A stretch of 64,000 nt of DNA, taken from NCBI GenBank assembly GCA_965112155.1, contig OZ218101.1; one strand, written 5' to 3'. Of this stretch, positions 47,351-60,229 are shown piece by piece; position 1 is the stretch's first letter; each line of letters starts with the position of its first letter. A model generated the notes under the pieces. It was not told the DNA's origin. It did not search any database and was given only the letters and a program-made list of their open reading frames with translations. The translations under genes and the position numbers were made by a program. This DNA comes from Podarcis liolepis (lineage: Eukaryota).

Positions 47351-47776
47351 GTTGCTGTTGTTTAGTCGTGTCTGACTCTTCGTGACCCCATGGACCAGAG
47401 CACGCCAGGCACTCCTGTCTTCCACTGCCTCCCGCAGTTTGGCCAAACTCATGCTGGTAGCTTCAATAACATTATCCAACCATCTCGTCCTCTGTCGTCC
47501 CCTTCTCCTTGTGCCCTCCATCTTTCCCAACATCAGGGTCTTTTCCAGGGAGTCTTCTCTTCTCATGAGGTGGCCAAAGTATTGGAGTCTCAGCTTCAGG
47601 ATCTGTCCTTCCAGTGAGCACTCAGGGCTGACTTCCTTACGAATAGATAGGTTTGATCTTCTTGCAGTCCATGGGACTCTCAAGAGTCTTCTCCAGACCA
47701 TAAATCAAAAGCATCAATCTTTCGGCGATCAGCCTTCTTTATGGTCCAGCTCTCACTGTGAGAAGTGAGAAGCGAG
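47351..47776 (-). mobile_element. Bov-B/RTE LINE 3' fragment
   Basis: ORF 47201-47701(-) WRRLLRVPWTARRSN...YFGHLMRREDSLEKTLMLGKMEG; 12-bp TSD AGTGACAGTGTT (47339-350, 47777-788). Confidence 0.9.
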
Positions 47777-48444
47777 AGTGACAGTGTTAGTCAAGACCAA
47801 AACCAGCTTTTTGGCCAGAAGATGTGCAGCTGCTGGTTAAAAATTGGTCCCTGGTACATGATTTGATGGTGAGCAATATTTTTCCATGGATGTTGTGACT
47901 AGCTCTGCTCTAGGAACCAATACCATTCTCCTGCCTTCTTGAGGATCTTTGTCACCAGATAAAAGAGAGGAATGGCATAGAGTAGACCTCCAGGCCAATC
48001 TTGGTTTAGAATGTCTGCTTCTTCTGAATCCACACACATTGGGTATTTTGACTTGGCTTTGGGAGACTTAAATAGGTACCTAACAACGCCACCACCAAGT
48101 TAAATAATCATTGTTGTAGCTGTAAATGATTCATGACAGTACCTATACTTTATGCATGGGGATTGACACTGGGGTCCTACCTTTTTGCTTAATTGCAAAT
48201 AGGGGCAGGATGTATTGGTTTGAAGTTTTAGTTAGGTTTGACTTGTAAAGCTCTAAAACAAGTTGGTTTTTGCTACACGGGGGAGCACCTTCTTCCTACC
48301 AGCTGGTGAGCTTGTGCTGCAACCTGTAGAAAACTATTTGGTGGCAAAAAGAGGGAGAACATTCTTGGTAGTGGCACCTACTGTTTGGAATTGCCTTCCC
48401 TCTGAATTAAGGCAGACACATCATTGATGACAATTTGGTACCTG

Positions 48445-48585
48445 TAGTAGATAGGTAGCCGTGTTGGTCTGCCATAGTCAAAATAAAAAATTCCTTCCAG
48501 TAGCACCTTAAAGACCAACTAAGTTAGTTCTTGGTATGAGCTTTCGTGTGCATGCACACTTCTTCAGATACACACTTCTTCAGAT
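48445..48585 (-). mobile_element. Penelope-like element pseudo-LTR fragment
   Basis: Resembles reptile Penelope terminal repeats (GTAGCCGTGTTGGTCT...GCACCTTAAAGACCAAC...TGAGCTTTCGTG); flanked by direct repeat AATTTGGTACCTG at 48432-444 and 48586-598; inserted into an old L2-like 3' end. Confidence 0.75.
48534..48571 (-). ncRNA. Minimal type I hammerhead ribozyme motif of a Penelope-like element
   Basis: Minus strand reads GUAU-CUGAAGA-A-GUGUG-CAUG-CACAC-GAAA-GC-UC-AUAC: stem I GUAU/AUAC, CUGANGA core, 5-bp stem II, GAAA, palindromic AGCU in place of stem III, UC cleavage site. Confidence 0.8.
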
Positions 48586-49539
48586 AATTTGGTACCTGCT
48601 AAAACTTACTCATCCTCTCAGGCCTTTGCTGGATGTCAATACCAATCGACCGTAATAACATCATACCTAGAGTACCAGAGGAAGGGTAGAGCACTTCATC
48701 CGTTCTCCATCAGCCTGCACACTCACCTGTATAGAATTCTTGATCACTTATGGCTTCCAGACTAGTGCTTAAATATAAGTATGAGCTAACGTGCTTTTAT
48801 CCACACCTATTTAATATTACCCTAGTACTTTTAAAAGAAACTTAGTATTTATTACATTTCAAAAATAAATTTTAAAAAGTTGATTTTGTTGATTTTATTT
48901 AGTTTAGATTATTACCCATGCTGCATCAGGAACAGGAGAAAGAATTAGGAGCTAAAAACTTACAATGAAACTTGAGTCCAGAATTCAGGCGCATTCAGGG
49001 ATGTGTTGCCATTTTTAGATGAAGGGCCATGGTAAAATCTAATAACTACAATTTATGATGTAGCGGCTACAATGTATCTTTTAAACTGCATGGATTACAG
49101 AAGAATGAGCCACGATGGAGCAAAAAGCAGCTTGTTCTGTAAATTATGTTGCAGCGAGGAACAGGTGAATTCAAGTGAAATACAAAATAGTTCATCATAG
49201 AAAACAATAAGGAGCAATTTTTTGATTCTCTCGCTTTCTTTTGCCCAATCTCATCATAAAACTCCCATTTCATTCCACAGTTCTAAAAACTGCTAATGAT
49301 TGATATGATTGTAGTGCTGTCATTCTTAACAAAAAGTCACTTTTGTTCTAGGTATTTTAATAGATTCCCATTAAACATGTATTGCTGACTGAAATATTGG
49401 CATGAAGGGCTCTCACTGGGCTGAGCCCGGGAATTAAGAAGTCAGGAAATCAGCTGCTGCCTTGCAAAAGAGCCTTGTGTGACACAGGATCTCCTGATTG
49501 GGGGGATCATTACTGCTATTATGACTCTACTTGCGTAGG

Positions 49540-49841
49540 NNNNNNNNNNNNNNNNNNNNNNNNNNNNNNNNNNNNNNNNNNNNNNNNNNNNNNNNNNNNN
49601 NNNNNNNNNNNNNNNNNNNNNNNNNNNNNNNNNNNNNNNNNNNNNNNNNNNNNNNNNNNNNNNNNNNNNNNNNNNNNNNNNNNNNNNNNNNNNNNNNNNN
49701 NNNNNNNNNNNNNNNNNNNNNNNNNNNNNNNNNNNNNNNNNNNNNNNNNNNNNNNNNNNNNNNNNNNNNNNNNNNNNNNNNNNNNNNNNNNNNNNNNNNN
49801 NNNNNNNNNNNNNNNNNNNNNNNNNNNNNNNNNNNNNNNNN
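49540..49841. other. Assembly gap (302 N)
   Basis: Run of N; the true length of intron 26 is uncertain. Confidence 1.
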
Positions 49842-50705
49842 GCAGGTGTTTCTGTGAAATATGATAACTGCCAACTGATTTATTAATGAATTTAGCAAAC
49901 CTTCATAACCTATTCCCTAACTGTTGGCACTTAAAAGTGATTTTCTATTGGAATAGGTAATATTAATATTACGCCTGTCACTAGATGAACTTTTACTTGT
50001 CTTGTGACCCTCTTGTAATTGCCTATATTTGCTACTGCCCTTGTGAACAATTGAAAATATTCCCCATAATGAATCATTAGTTTCGCTAACAGGACTAACT
50101 CTGTCTGAAATGTCTTCCCATTTACCAATCTATGACATTCATGGGACTAGAAATAATAATATTAAAAAACCAAAAAATAATATATCAAATTGCCTGGCCA
50201 GCTTTTGGGATAAAAAAGTTATAATTTCATTATAGTCAGTTAATAATTGATATTTTTCTTAAAAGTATAAGCTATTCTCCATGTACAGACATGTTTGTGT
50301 GTGTGTGTGTGTGCATGCATGTGTGTGCATAGTACATATAACAAACTAGTTGGTATCTTGCTGTTTTTTAGAAGTATAAATTTTAGCCTAAGCTTTACAC
50401 AACACAAACATTCTGTCTTCTAGGTGGACAAGGTTGGTTAGTATTGTACCCTGTCTCTAGTAAAGAAGAAAGTAAATATATCTGTGCTACATTGTTTTAA
50501 GTGAGTTCTGTTTTCATGTTTTGCTTTCTGTAATGTTGTGAGCAGGACACAGTGTTGCATTACTATGGTCAAACATTGATTTGGTAGCTGTATCGCCTTA
50601 TTTTGTAAATCCAGAGATCTAAAGCTTACTCCCTGACTGGTATATACAAAATATACTATTTTGTAATGTGATCTCATCAGAATCAATCTTTTCTTCTCCT
50701 TCCAG

Positions 50706-50738
50706 ATTTTGATGCATACTAAGGAGCTGGTACAGAAG
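50706..50738 (+). CDS. POLA1: POLA1 exon 27 (33-nt exon after the 22-kb intron)
   Basis: ccttccag|ATT...AAG|gtagta; ILMHTKELVQK bridges motif B and motif C exons in frame. Confidence 0.95.
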
Positions 50739-52015
50739 GTAGTAACAAATGTTTTTTTTTTATTATCTAGCAACCCTTAAATAGAATATCTAGTGACTTA
50801 TTTTTTTAAAAAAACAACTATGAAAATGGTAGCCCAAATAATCGAAGTCACTTCTCAGGATGTCTAGTTTACAAATGCAATCCTTCCTAGTGGATTATAG
50901 CTCCCCCTCCTTTTGTGGGAAGGGGGAAAGCAGATGTGATCTAATCCCTGCTTGAAGCCTATGTTTGAGTATTTTGGACAAATTAGTAACAGTGCTAATT
51001 AGAGTTTAGTCACAGGCCAGTAACTATGTGTTCTAATGTCCTTTTTTGGGGACTGATACCCCCACCCCTTTCCTCTCTGTCTTGTAGTCTAGGAATACAA
51101 TATTTTATTTTCTATGGGTAGGATCAAAGGATCTGTGAGAAGAAAGAAAATAACTGCTTGTGGTGTTCTGTGACCACTTGCATATGAGTTGGTGCAAACA
51201 GTACTGCAATAGTATTCTATTTGCAGAAGTTATACAGGTAGAAAGCACCTTTTGGTTCTACTTTTCACTTTTGTCATGCAGTGAGTTAGCATGAGGTGTA
51301 AAACGGGGTTGTATTTAACATTGATGTTTCAGCAGACCTCTGCTTGCTCAGTTAAATTTCCCCCTCCCCCTCTTGCACATCCTCAAAATCTGGTCCAGAG
51401 GGTTGGAGGACCCTCCAGAGCTGATTTTGAGAGCCTGTTAGGCGAAGAGCAGAAGAGGAAGTCTCATTGTGTGAGCAGAATTCTGCACGCGCAGCATTGG
51501 ATGCAGGCCAGGGGCAATGGCTTTACAAAATTGCGCAAGTCTCTTGTGCCTGCCCTGCAAAGAATCCTACATGGCAAATACAAACCAGCTGTCCCATTAA
51601 GATGTAATAGCAGACTGTGCTATTAGGAGCTAGCTAATTAAACAGTGTAAATGGGAAGGAGGGAACGCTCAAGTACAGGGCTCATTCCATGTACCACCAA
51701 CCATGGTTTTTGGTACACGTGAAACAACCCACTATAGAAAGACAAATAATATTTTGTGTGAACAGACCCAATGTCAGTACAGTGGCTACAAGGAGGACTT
51801 GCAATAAAATGTTGCTGCTCAGATTTCTAGACATTCCATTCCTACTCTTCCCTCCCAGTTTTGGGCTTCCCCTCAACCATTTATCAGAATTCTATATCCA
51901 CCCAGCATGCTCCGTACTCACTGGGTTGTGTGTTGATGTTTTATTATTTGTCTTTCTGTAGTGGGTTGCTTCACATGTACCACAAACCATATATACTTTC
52001 TGTAGTTATCATGTA

Positions 52016-52451
52016 CAGTGGTGCCCCGCAAGACGAATGCCTCGCAAGACGGAAAACTCGCTAGACGAAAGGGTTTTCCGTTTTTGAGTTGCTTCGCAGG
52101 ACAAATTTCCCTATGGGCTTGCTTTGCAAGACGAAAATGTCTTGCGAGTCTTGAGATTTTTTTTTGCTCCCCCCCTTTCTTCTAAGCCGCTAATAGCAGC
52201 TAAGCCGCTAAGCCTTTAATAGCCGCTAAACCGCTAATAGCGCTAATCCACTAAACTGCTAATAGGGTTGCTTCGCAAGACGAAAAAACCACTAGCCTTT
52301 TAGCAGCTAAGCCGATAAGCCTTTAATAGCCGCTAAACCGCTAATAGCGCTAATCCGCTAAGCCGCTAATAGGGTTGCTTCGCAAGACGAAAAAACCGCT
52401 AGACGAATACACTCGCGGAACGGATTAATTTCGTCTTGCGAGGCACCACTG
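52016..52451. mobile_element. Tc1/mariner MITE with internal tandem duplication of about 100 bp
   Basis: TA|CAGTGGTGCCCCGCAAGACGAA ... TTCGTCTTGCGAGGCACCACTG|TA; duplicated GCCGCTAA-rich block at about 52193-52290 and 52301-52398. Confidence 0.88.
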
Positions 52452-52578
52452 TACATATATATGGCAGCTACTTTCTGCTCCTCTTGTCAAAGAAGTTATG
52501 TTAGATTTCTGACATGTCAGTTTTCAGTGTCCAAACAATGGTGTGTAATCTGTGTTACTTTGCTTATGCCCTTCTTAG

Positions 52579-52677
<99 letters not shown>

Positions 52678-55447
52678 TAATTTTAAGCTTTGTTGTAGCA
52701 CCATACATTTCTTTGTTGCAGTTTTATATTGCTAAGAATCCTTGTTTTAGTACAACTAGTGAACAGCGACCTTGTTAGCACCTGCAGGCTTAATACTTGG
52801 TAGTTGATAGAGAATGTTTATGAAAAGGCTTCTTTCTAAAACTTTTGTATTAACATATGCCAGTGTTTCTCAAATTGTTGATCCCTGCTTGTCTTTTTTC
52901 CACAATGACATTTCCACTCCTGTTTTTAAATAAATTTCAGCATTTAGCATAATTTGAATTGCTGTAATATGGCCTGTTAATGTTTTCCCACAAGGATATA
53001 TTTTCTTAACATATGCTTTGCAAGGTACATATAAGGTTGATACTTTGTTTAATAACTTAGTAATTTCACATAGCACATCTTGGGGTGTCTGTATACCATT
53101 TCTGTTAGAAAGGCAAGCCAAATGTTGCCATATATGGAATATTCTGTTAAGAGGGAATACTATTCTCCCCATAATTCCTTTGATTAATCCCCCTCACTCT
53201 CTCTAGCTGATAGAGACAGACCCTCTGAATACCCTCTAGATCACGTGATCAAATGCTTCTATGCTAAAGACAGCTGGTGTCTTACTTTATGACTACATTA
53301 ATTTGGTAACCATGTTTTGTTTATCTGTTTATTTTTAATTAAAATCTTGTGGCTCCTAGGGGGTATTATTTAACATCAGGATGACACCTTGCACCTGGAT
53401 TTACACATGATCCAGACCCCCAAGGGAAAGGCAACCCTGCTCACCCAGACAGCTCACAGAGCAGTAGGTTGTGCAGAGCTCCTGATAGCTCAGTATTCCA
53501 AGCTTTGATCTTTTCGCAGGCTGAGGCATTTAGCAAACACCGGACCACAGCTGGTGTGGCTGACCTGCCTGTTTGTCAGAGTTGGGACATCCTGTTAGCA
53601 AGCAGCACGGCAAGGGAAAGAGCTGCAGAGAGACTTTCTAGATGGCTGCAGCAAACCTTTGCATGCCAAAGGTTCCAGGTTCAATTTCTGGTGTCTCTGT
53701 GTGGGGCTAAGGCAGCAACTTAGAGGTATTGCCATGCCATTCCATGGAGACAGGACTGAGCTGGATGCGCCCATGTTCTGGTTTCCACATAAAGCAGCTT
53801 TCTGTGTTTCTAATGCTGGTTAGTAGGGACAGGTGCAACAGTGCCAAGTGAAAGGAGAACTTTGGTGTCATCCCAACTCCTTCCCCTCCTGCTCCTTATA
53901 GGGCTGGCAAGGGTGAATGCTATGGGACTGCCATCCTCCCAAGTACCCAGAAGCTCTGGGTTGCTGAAAATGCCAGCTCTTAGGAAGACGCTGAGACCAG
54001 CATCTTCTTGATGCACTCGAGGCAAAAATCCCACAAGGAGATGTTTTCTCATTAAGCCCAGTTTTGTGTCAAACAATGGGGGTTAACTCTTATCAATCCC
54101 ATCAGTCTTACCAAACCTCATTGGAGATCCCACTTCATGTGGTGGGTACTTGTCCTTGCTGTTCTTAACAGGTGGGGAGGGGGCCGTGCCTTTGGGGGCA
54201 GATGGTAGATCCTAGGCACACTCCTATGGGCAAGGCATAGGCAAGGGCTGTAGATTCTTAACTAGAAGGTCCTCTTCAAACAGCCTTTCTTCTCCCTGGT
54301 CCTCATCCTCTGCTGCTGCATTTTGCTCCACACTGGAAGCACCATGGGTGCAATCACACAAAACCATGATTTTAAGACCATCTTTGGGAGCATTGGCAAA
54401 GGTGGTTTCCAAAACCACCCCTTTGGGATTGCTTTTGTGGCTTGGACTCGGGGCTTTTAAACAACTGATTTCTTGACTCTGCCAGCCTGGAATATATTTT
54501 CCGATTTTGGGCAAATATTTTCTCCACACTGTTAGTAAAGGTGTACTTTACAACCTATTTCAGAACCCTAACCCCTATGCTTCCCAAGGAGGCCGCAACA
54601 GTTTTATTTCAAGGGCCTTCTAAGCCTAAGGTTACCTTTCCTGGATTTTTAAAAAAAGACATGGAAGGCAGGGTGGGTAAATCCATCTTTCTGTAAGATC
54701 ATTACTTAACAAATATGCTTTAATCTCTGCTGATGAACACCATGTAGCTACTGAAGGTGCCAGTGGTAGGTGCCCCGATAGCCACATTTATTTCTACTGC
54801 AGTCATTCCTACAGAAAACCCTTTTGTAGCTCAGTTATATTCAATGTGAGACTTTAATATATATAGTATAAGGTTGGGAGAGAAGAGAGAGCAGAATGAG
54901 TTTCCATCGTAGTACCGCCAGCACCAGTATGCCTGCTCATACCACCTAGGTTGTCTGCGAAAGTTCTTGGCAAACATCCCCTCAAAATTCCACAATGCAC
55001 AATAGATCATTTGCGCTTCCTGTTCAGTTCCTGCTTGCACACATTTCATCGGATGCCAGGATTGGACACCCAGCCCTCCCTTCCCTTCTGAACAGAGGAG
55101 CGGTGCAGTGAGCTGCCCTTTGTGAGAGAACGTGTTGGTGGCTGGTGTGGGTGCCTTTTTTTGCATGGGTGCCTTTTGATGGGGAGGGCATACCCACATT
55201 ATTTTGTGGCCTTGTCTCTTGAGGCCCTTTTCAATGTGCCAGCCGTTTTGTTTTGTCTCTCACACAGTAGACCTTTGGTGACTAGCGCTCACAGCACTTT
55301 CTCAAAATTCCAAGCCATGGTCAGGAGTATGGAATTCATTTTTTTTCATAACTGCTGCACACTATGGCAACATTTTCATTGTCACTGTTTATAGCCTTAC
55401 TGGCAGATACGCTTGAGGTGGTGGAACATGGGACTATTAGCAGTGTT

Positions 55448-55450
<3 letters not shown>

Positions 55451-55479
<29 letters not shown>
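55451..55479. repeat. (GT)n microsatellite
   Basis: Seen directly. Confidence 0.95.
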
Positions 55480-55518
55480 ATGTTATTGTTTTAAAGATTC
55501 TGCGGTAAATAGGACTAA

Positions 55519-56007
<489 letters not shown>

Positions 56008-57652
56008 TAGAAGCAGGGTTTACTGAAATAGTGGTATTTACTCTTAAATAAACATGTTTTAGATCAAAGGTGGTGCTTTACAGAAGGTTATTCCAAGATG
56101 GGTGGATTCAGCTACCACGCAAACAGATGCAGCCAACTTGGAACCGATTTAAATGCTTGACCTCATAGTAAATTGAGAGGCAGCATGATGGAGCGGTTAA
56201 TGTCAGATGAAATGGGAAAGGACCTATGTACACTGTCCTGATTTCCTTGGGGGAAAATGCAGCATATAATCTAACAAAATATGAATAGATAATGTGTGTT
56301 TGCCATCTTTTCTGGTCTAAGTTTTCTTCCTGCCTTTTCCTGTTAGGCAGAAACGACTCTGGGAAAAGTGTTTGTGTCTGTGTGTTTGCAAATATGTGGT
56401 GTGTGTGCGCATGCACACACCTCCCCCCCCCCCATCTTGGATTTTGCTGTTATCTACAATTCACAGCTGCTTTTAAACAGAAAAATGTTGGTTTGCATCC
56501 AGTGGTGGTGCTTGGCTGATGGTAAGGCTTCCTTTGGCAGGATAGGGAGGAAAGCAATTTTCAGTGATTCCCAGATCTCCGTGTAGCCTCTGCACCTCTC
56601 CTCCTCCTCCAAAATCTGTTATGGAGGGTTGTGTTTTTCAGGGGCAGAGGTTACTGAAATGAGCTTTCTTCTCTGTTCCTCTGATGGAAGCCTTACCATA
56701 AGTCGAGCAACATAATTGGATATAACACACTGTTAATGAAATAAAGGTTTTAGAGGGGCCAGGCGGGAGGCACACTTCATCAAATTCACCCTTTTCTAAG
56801 AAGGAAAGCAATAGTATTTTGCTGTCTTAGCACCTACAAATTGGGACTGTTATTTGATTCGGAAATCCCCTAGTTTTTGAGAGTTCACACTACTCATAGC
56901 ACCTTTAATTAAAATTGCCTTACTAAAAGTAGCAGGTAGCTTTCTTACACAGGTCATCCTGACGTTTGGGTACAAGAGGGAAAGCTCAGTGGTAGGGAAT
57001 TAAGGAGGGACTGTTAGTTCTGCTCCCATCCAGGTAATGTTTGCAGCATTATTCATCAGTATTCCCTCCATGACAGAAGATATGGGGGGCCTGCCCTCAC
57101 CCCTGCTTAGCTCCTTGGTAATCCGTGGTGTGGTATAGTGGTTAGAGTGTTGGACTAAGACCTGGGAGACCCAGGGTTCAAATTCCCACTCAACGATCCA
57201 GCTCACTGCATGACCTTGGCCATTTTCTTAGCCTAATCTACTTCACAGGATTGTTGTGAGGATAAAATGGGGTGGAGGACAACTATGTACATGACTGTGA
57301 ACTCCTTGCAGGAAAGGTGGGGTATAAATGTGAAAATAAATAAACAACCACTGGAAACTGGTTAACCTTTTGTGGCATATTTGAATAAATTTACACTTGC
57401 GTTTTGGAAAATGCTTAATAGGAAAATAAATGTTAGCTTAATTATTACTAATGTTTGGACTGGTAGCGTGCATCCCATGGAGCTAGTTTAAAGTTGTGGT
57501 GGTAACCTGGTATTCCACCTGAAGAAAATATCTACACAAAAGTAATTGGAAAATATTCTTCCTGTAAATTCTGAGGAACATAGTGTGCTGCAGGTGCGTA
57601 CTGTGTGTTTTTCAAAAATGTGTTTTCTCACACGCCTAAACTTTTCTTACAG

Positions 57653-57785
57653 CTATATAATTGGTCAGATTCTTTCTGACCAACCCCGAGATGCAATTGT
57701 AGAAAACATTCAGAGGAGGTTAATCCAAATTGGAGAAAATGTGGCAAATGGCAGTGTTCCAGTAAAACAATTTGAAATCAACAAG
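57653..57785 (+). CDS. POLA1: POLA1 exon 30
   Basis: cttacag|CTAT...AAG|gtaaat; 133 nt; [44 protein letters not shown]. Confidence 0.96.
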
Positions 57786-58994
57786 GTAAATAGTTTTGGT
57801 TTTTTTAACTGTTATGCCTGAATTTGTTTGAATGTATTCCATTCTCTCCTGGTGTCCATTTTTTGTGTTCATGGTAGCTGATCTTTTAGCAATTGCAGAG
57901 AGCATTTCTTAAAACATTTTAAAATTCTGACAGGAACAAAGAAAGTTAAAAAGAAAAAAGAATCTAAGTTTTAATCAGAGAGGAAGGCAAGATTTGTCTA
58001 GTGTAAGCCAAATTTGTACATAAATCTTTCCCTCAGATCTGTCTTTTTGCTCCCCCCCAAACCTCCCTCTCCAAACTGAACCAAGGCTTACAGTAGGGAG
58101 TGCCACACTTTCTCAGCATACTGCTTTTCATAAACCCATATTTCAAGCATAAGTAGTTTAAATAAGAGTTAGGGAACCTGTAGCCCTCCAGGTGTTGTTG
58201 GACTACAGCTGCCGTCATCCCTGACGGCTGGTCGTGGTGCCTTGGGCTGATGGGATTTGGAGTCCCAACAGCTTTTGGAAGGCGACAGGTTTCCCACCCT
58301 TTATTTCAGTCAATATATTTCTGAGCAGGTCAAGCATTTTTCTCAACCCCTGTAGGTGGGGCATGTTTGAACAGAAAGAGGAGCAGGTATGTATACAGTT
58401 GGTTAAACATTACAAACAGGATCTGAAAGCAGTACCCTCCTTTGTTGTAAATCCCCAACATTTGATATTTGGTCTGACCGTGGAGATTCTGTTTTGCTGC
58501 AATGACTGATGGAGAGCTCTTGATAGATGGACTGTTCATGAATCTGTGCCATCCATTTTAAAAGGTCATTCCCTTTCTATCCTGTAGTATATATTTTAAG
58601 TTGACTTTATTTCCTCTCCTTCCAAGTTTCCTGAAGTATTCTGACTTTACCCATTCTCCCTGTCCATTTATTTTAATCAATGACATCATTTATCTCTTCT
58701 GAGGGAGTGAGCCATTATTTGAGCCAAGTTAGAAGGGATGGATCTGCTCCTTAGCTTCTTGACATCATTCTGAATCTCTGTCTGCATTGCTATCCTTTAT
58801 GAGTTTTGTTGCCCAAGATGGCAACTAGGAAGGAAATGCCCAGGTAAAAATAAATAATCTCATTTTACAAGCCAGTTTATGGAAAGCAACAGACACAGAA
58901 CTTAATATTTATGCTATTTCAAACGTTGATGAATTTTGCAGTAGTTTTACCAGCAATTTCCCCTCTGTATTCTTTTTCTTTGATATATATATAG

Positions 58995-59153
<159 letters not shown>

Positions 59154-59279
59154 TAATAAAATGTTTATTAGTGCGGTAAATACTGTTAGCGATACGTTGT
59201 GTGCCAATACGAACTTAGAAAGTTATACGTAACTAAAAGAAACCAATAAACCTTTCTTTTTTGTTTCTTCTTTGTATAG

Positions 59280-59454
59280 GATGGATCAAACCTGAGTGCT
59301 AGCCAGAGAGCATATGCTCCAGAACAACTGAAAAAACAACCGAATCTTGCTATTGACACTCAGTACTATCTGTCGCAACAGATCCATCCAGTAGTGGCTC
59401 GTATTTGTGAACCCATAGATGGAATTGATTCTGTCCTTATTGCAGCATGGCTAG
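59280..59454 (+). CDS. POLA1: POLA1 exon 32
   Basis: tgtatag|GAT...CTAG|gttagt; 175 nt; [17 protein letters not shown]...[33 protein letters not shown]. Confidence 0.96.
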
Positions 59455-59488
59455 GTTAGTATTGCAGTTCAGTATTTACTTTGTGATT

Positions 59489-59842
59489 AAAGGTAAAGGT
59501 ACCCCTGACCGTTATGTCCAGTTGCGGATGACTCTGGGGTTGCGCGCTCATCTCGCTCTATAGGCCAAGGGAGCCGGCGTTTGTCTGCAGACAGCTTCCG
59601 GGTCATGTGGCCAGCATGACTACGCCGCTTCTGGGGAACCAGAGCAGTGCACGGAAACGCTGTTTACCTTCCTGCCGGAGCGGTACCTATTTATCTACTT
59701 GCACTTTGACGTGCTTTCAAACTGGTAGTTTGGTAGGAGCTGGGACCGAACAACGGGAGCTCATCCCCGTTGTGGGGATTCGAACGGCCGACCTTCTGAT
59801 CGGCAAGCCCTAGGCTCTGTGGTTTACACCACAGCGTCACCC
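59489..59842 (-). mobile_element. Full-length Sauria SINE
   Basis: (AAAGGT)n reverse tail at left, CATGTGGCCAGCATGAC core, reverse box B GGGATTCGAAC near the right end. Confidence 0.88.
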
Positions 59843-59869
59843 ACTTACCACTTATTAGTAATTAGTGTA

Positions 59870-60141
59870 TGGCAGAGCAATCCAACCCTGCCTCCTCCAG
59901 CTGTGCACGATGTGCTGTAGGGGACTTGTATTAAGCCAAGGTACCCCTCAGCTCTGCCAACTGAGCTGGCTAGCCACTGGCAAACCCCCCACCCTTCTTG
60001 TGGTATCCCAACCAGCAGACAGCCCCAAACAGAATGTTCACATGGTGGGGCTAAACTATCCCAAAATCCACTGGATACCCAGCTGGTCTCATTGCAGATG
60101 GACGGTGGCATTGGACCAGTCCTGAACCAATTGCTGTGCCA
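59870..60141 (+). other. Predicted multibranch structured RNA domain, intron 32
   Basis: Hand-identified nested Watson-Crick helices; see findings. Confidence 0.6.
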
Positions 60142-60179
60142 AGTTAGAATCAAGCCCTATTGTCCACAACTACCACCAC

Positions 60180-60229
60180 AGTCATCCGCGACTGGACCTA
60201 ACGATCAGGGTTCCCTTTACCTTTACCTT
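60180..60229 (+). mobile_element. 5'-truncated Sauria SINE tail
   Basis: GTCATCCGCGACTGGAC...(ACCTTT)n, 9-bp TSD TACCACCAC (60171-179, 60230-238). Confidence 0.8.

Noticed and set aside
49475-49898. ORFs containing long X runs
   Set aside because: Artefacts of the assembly gap.
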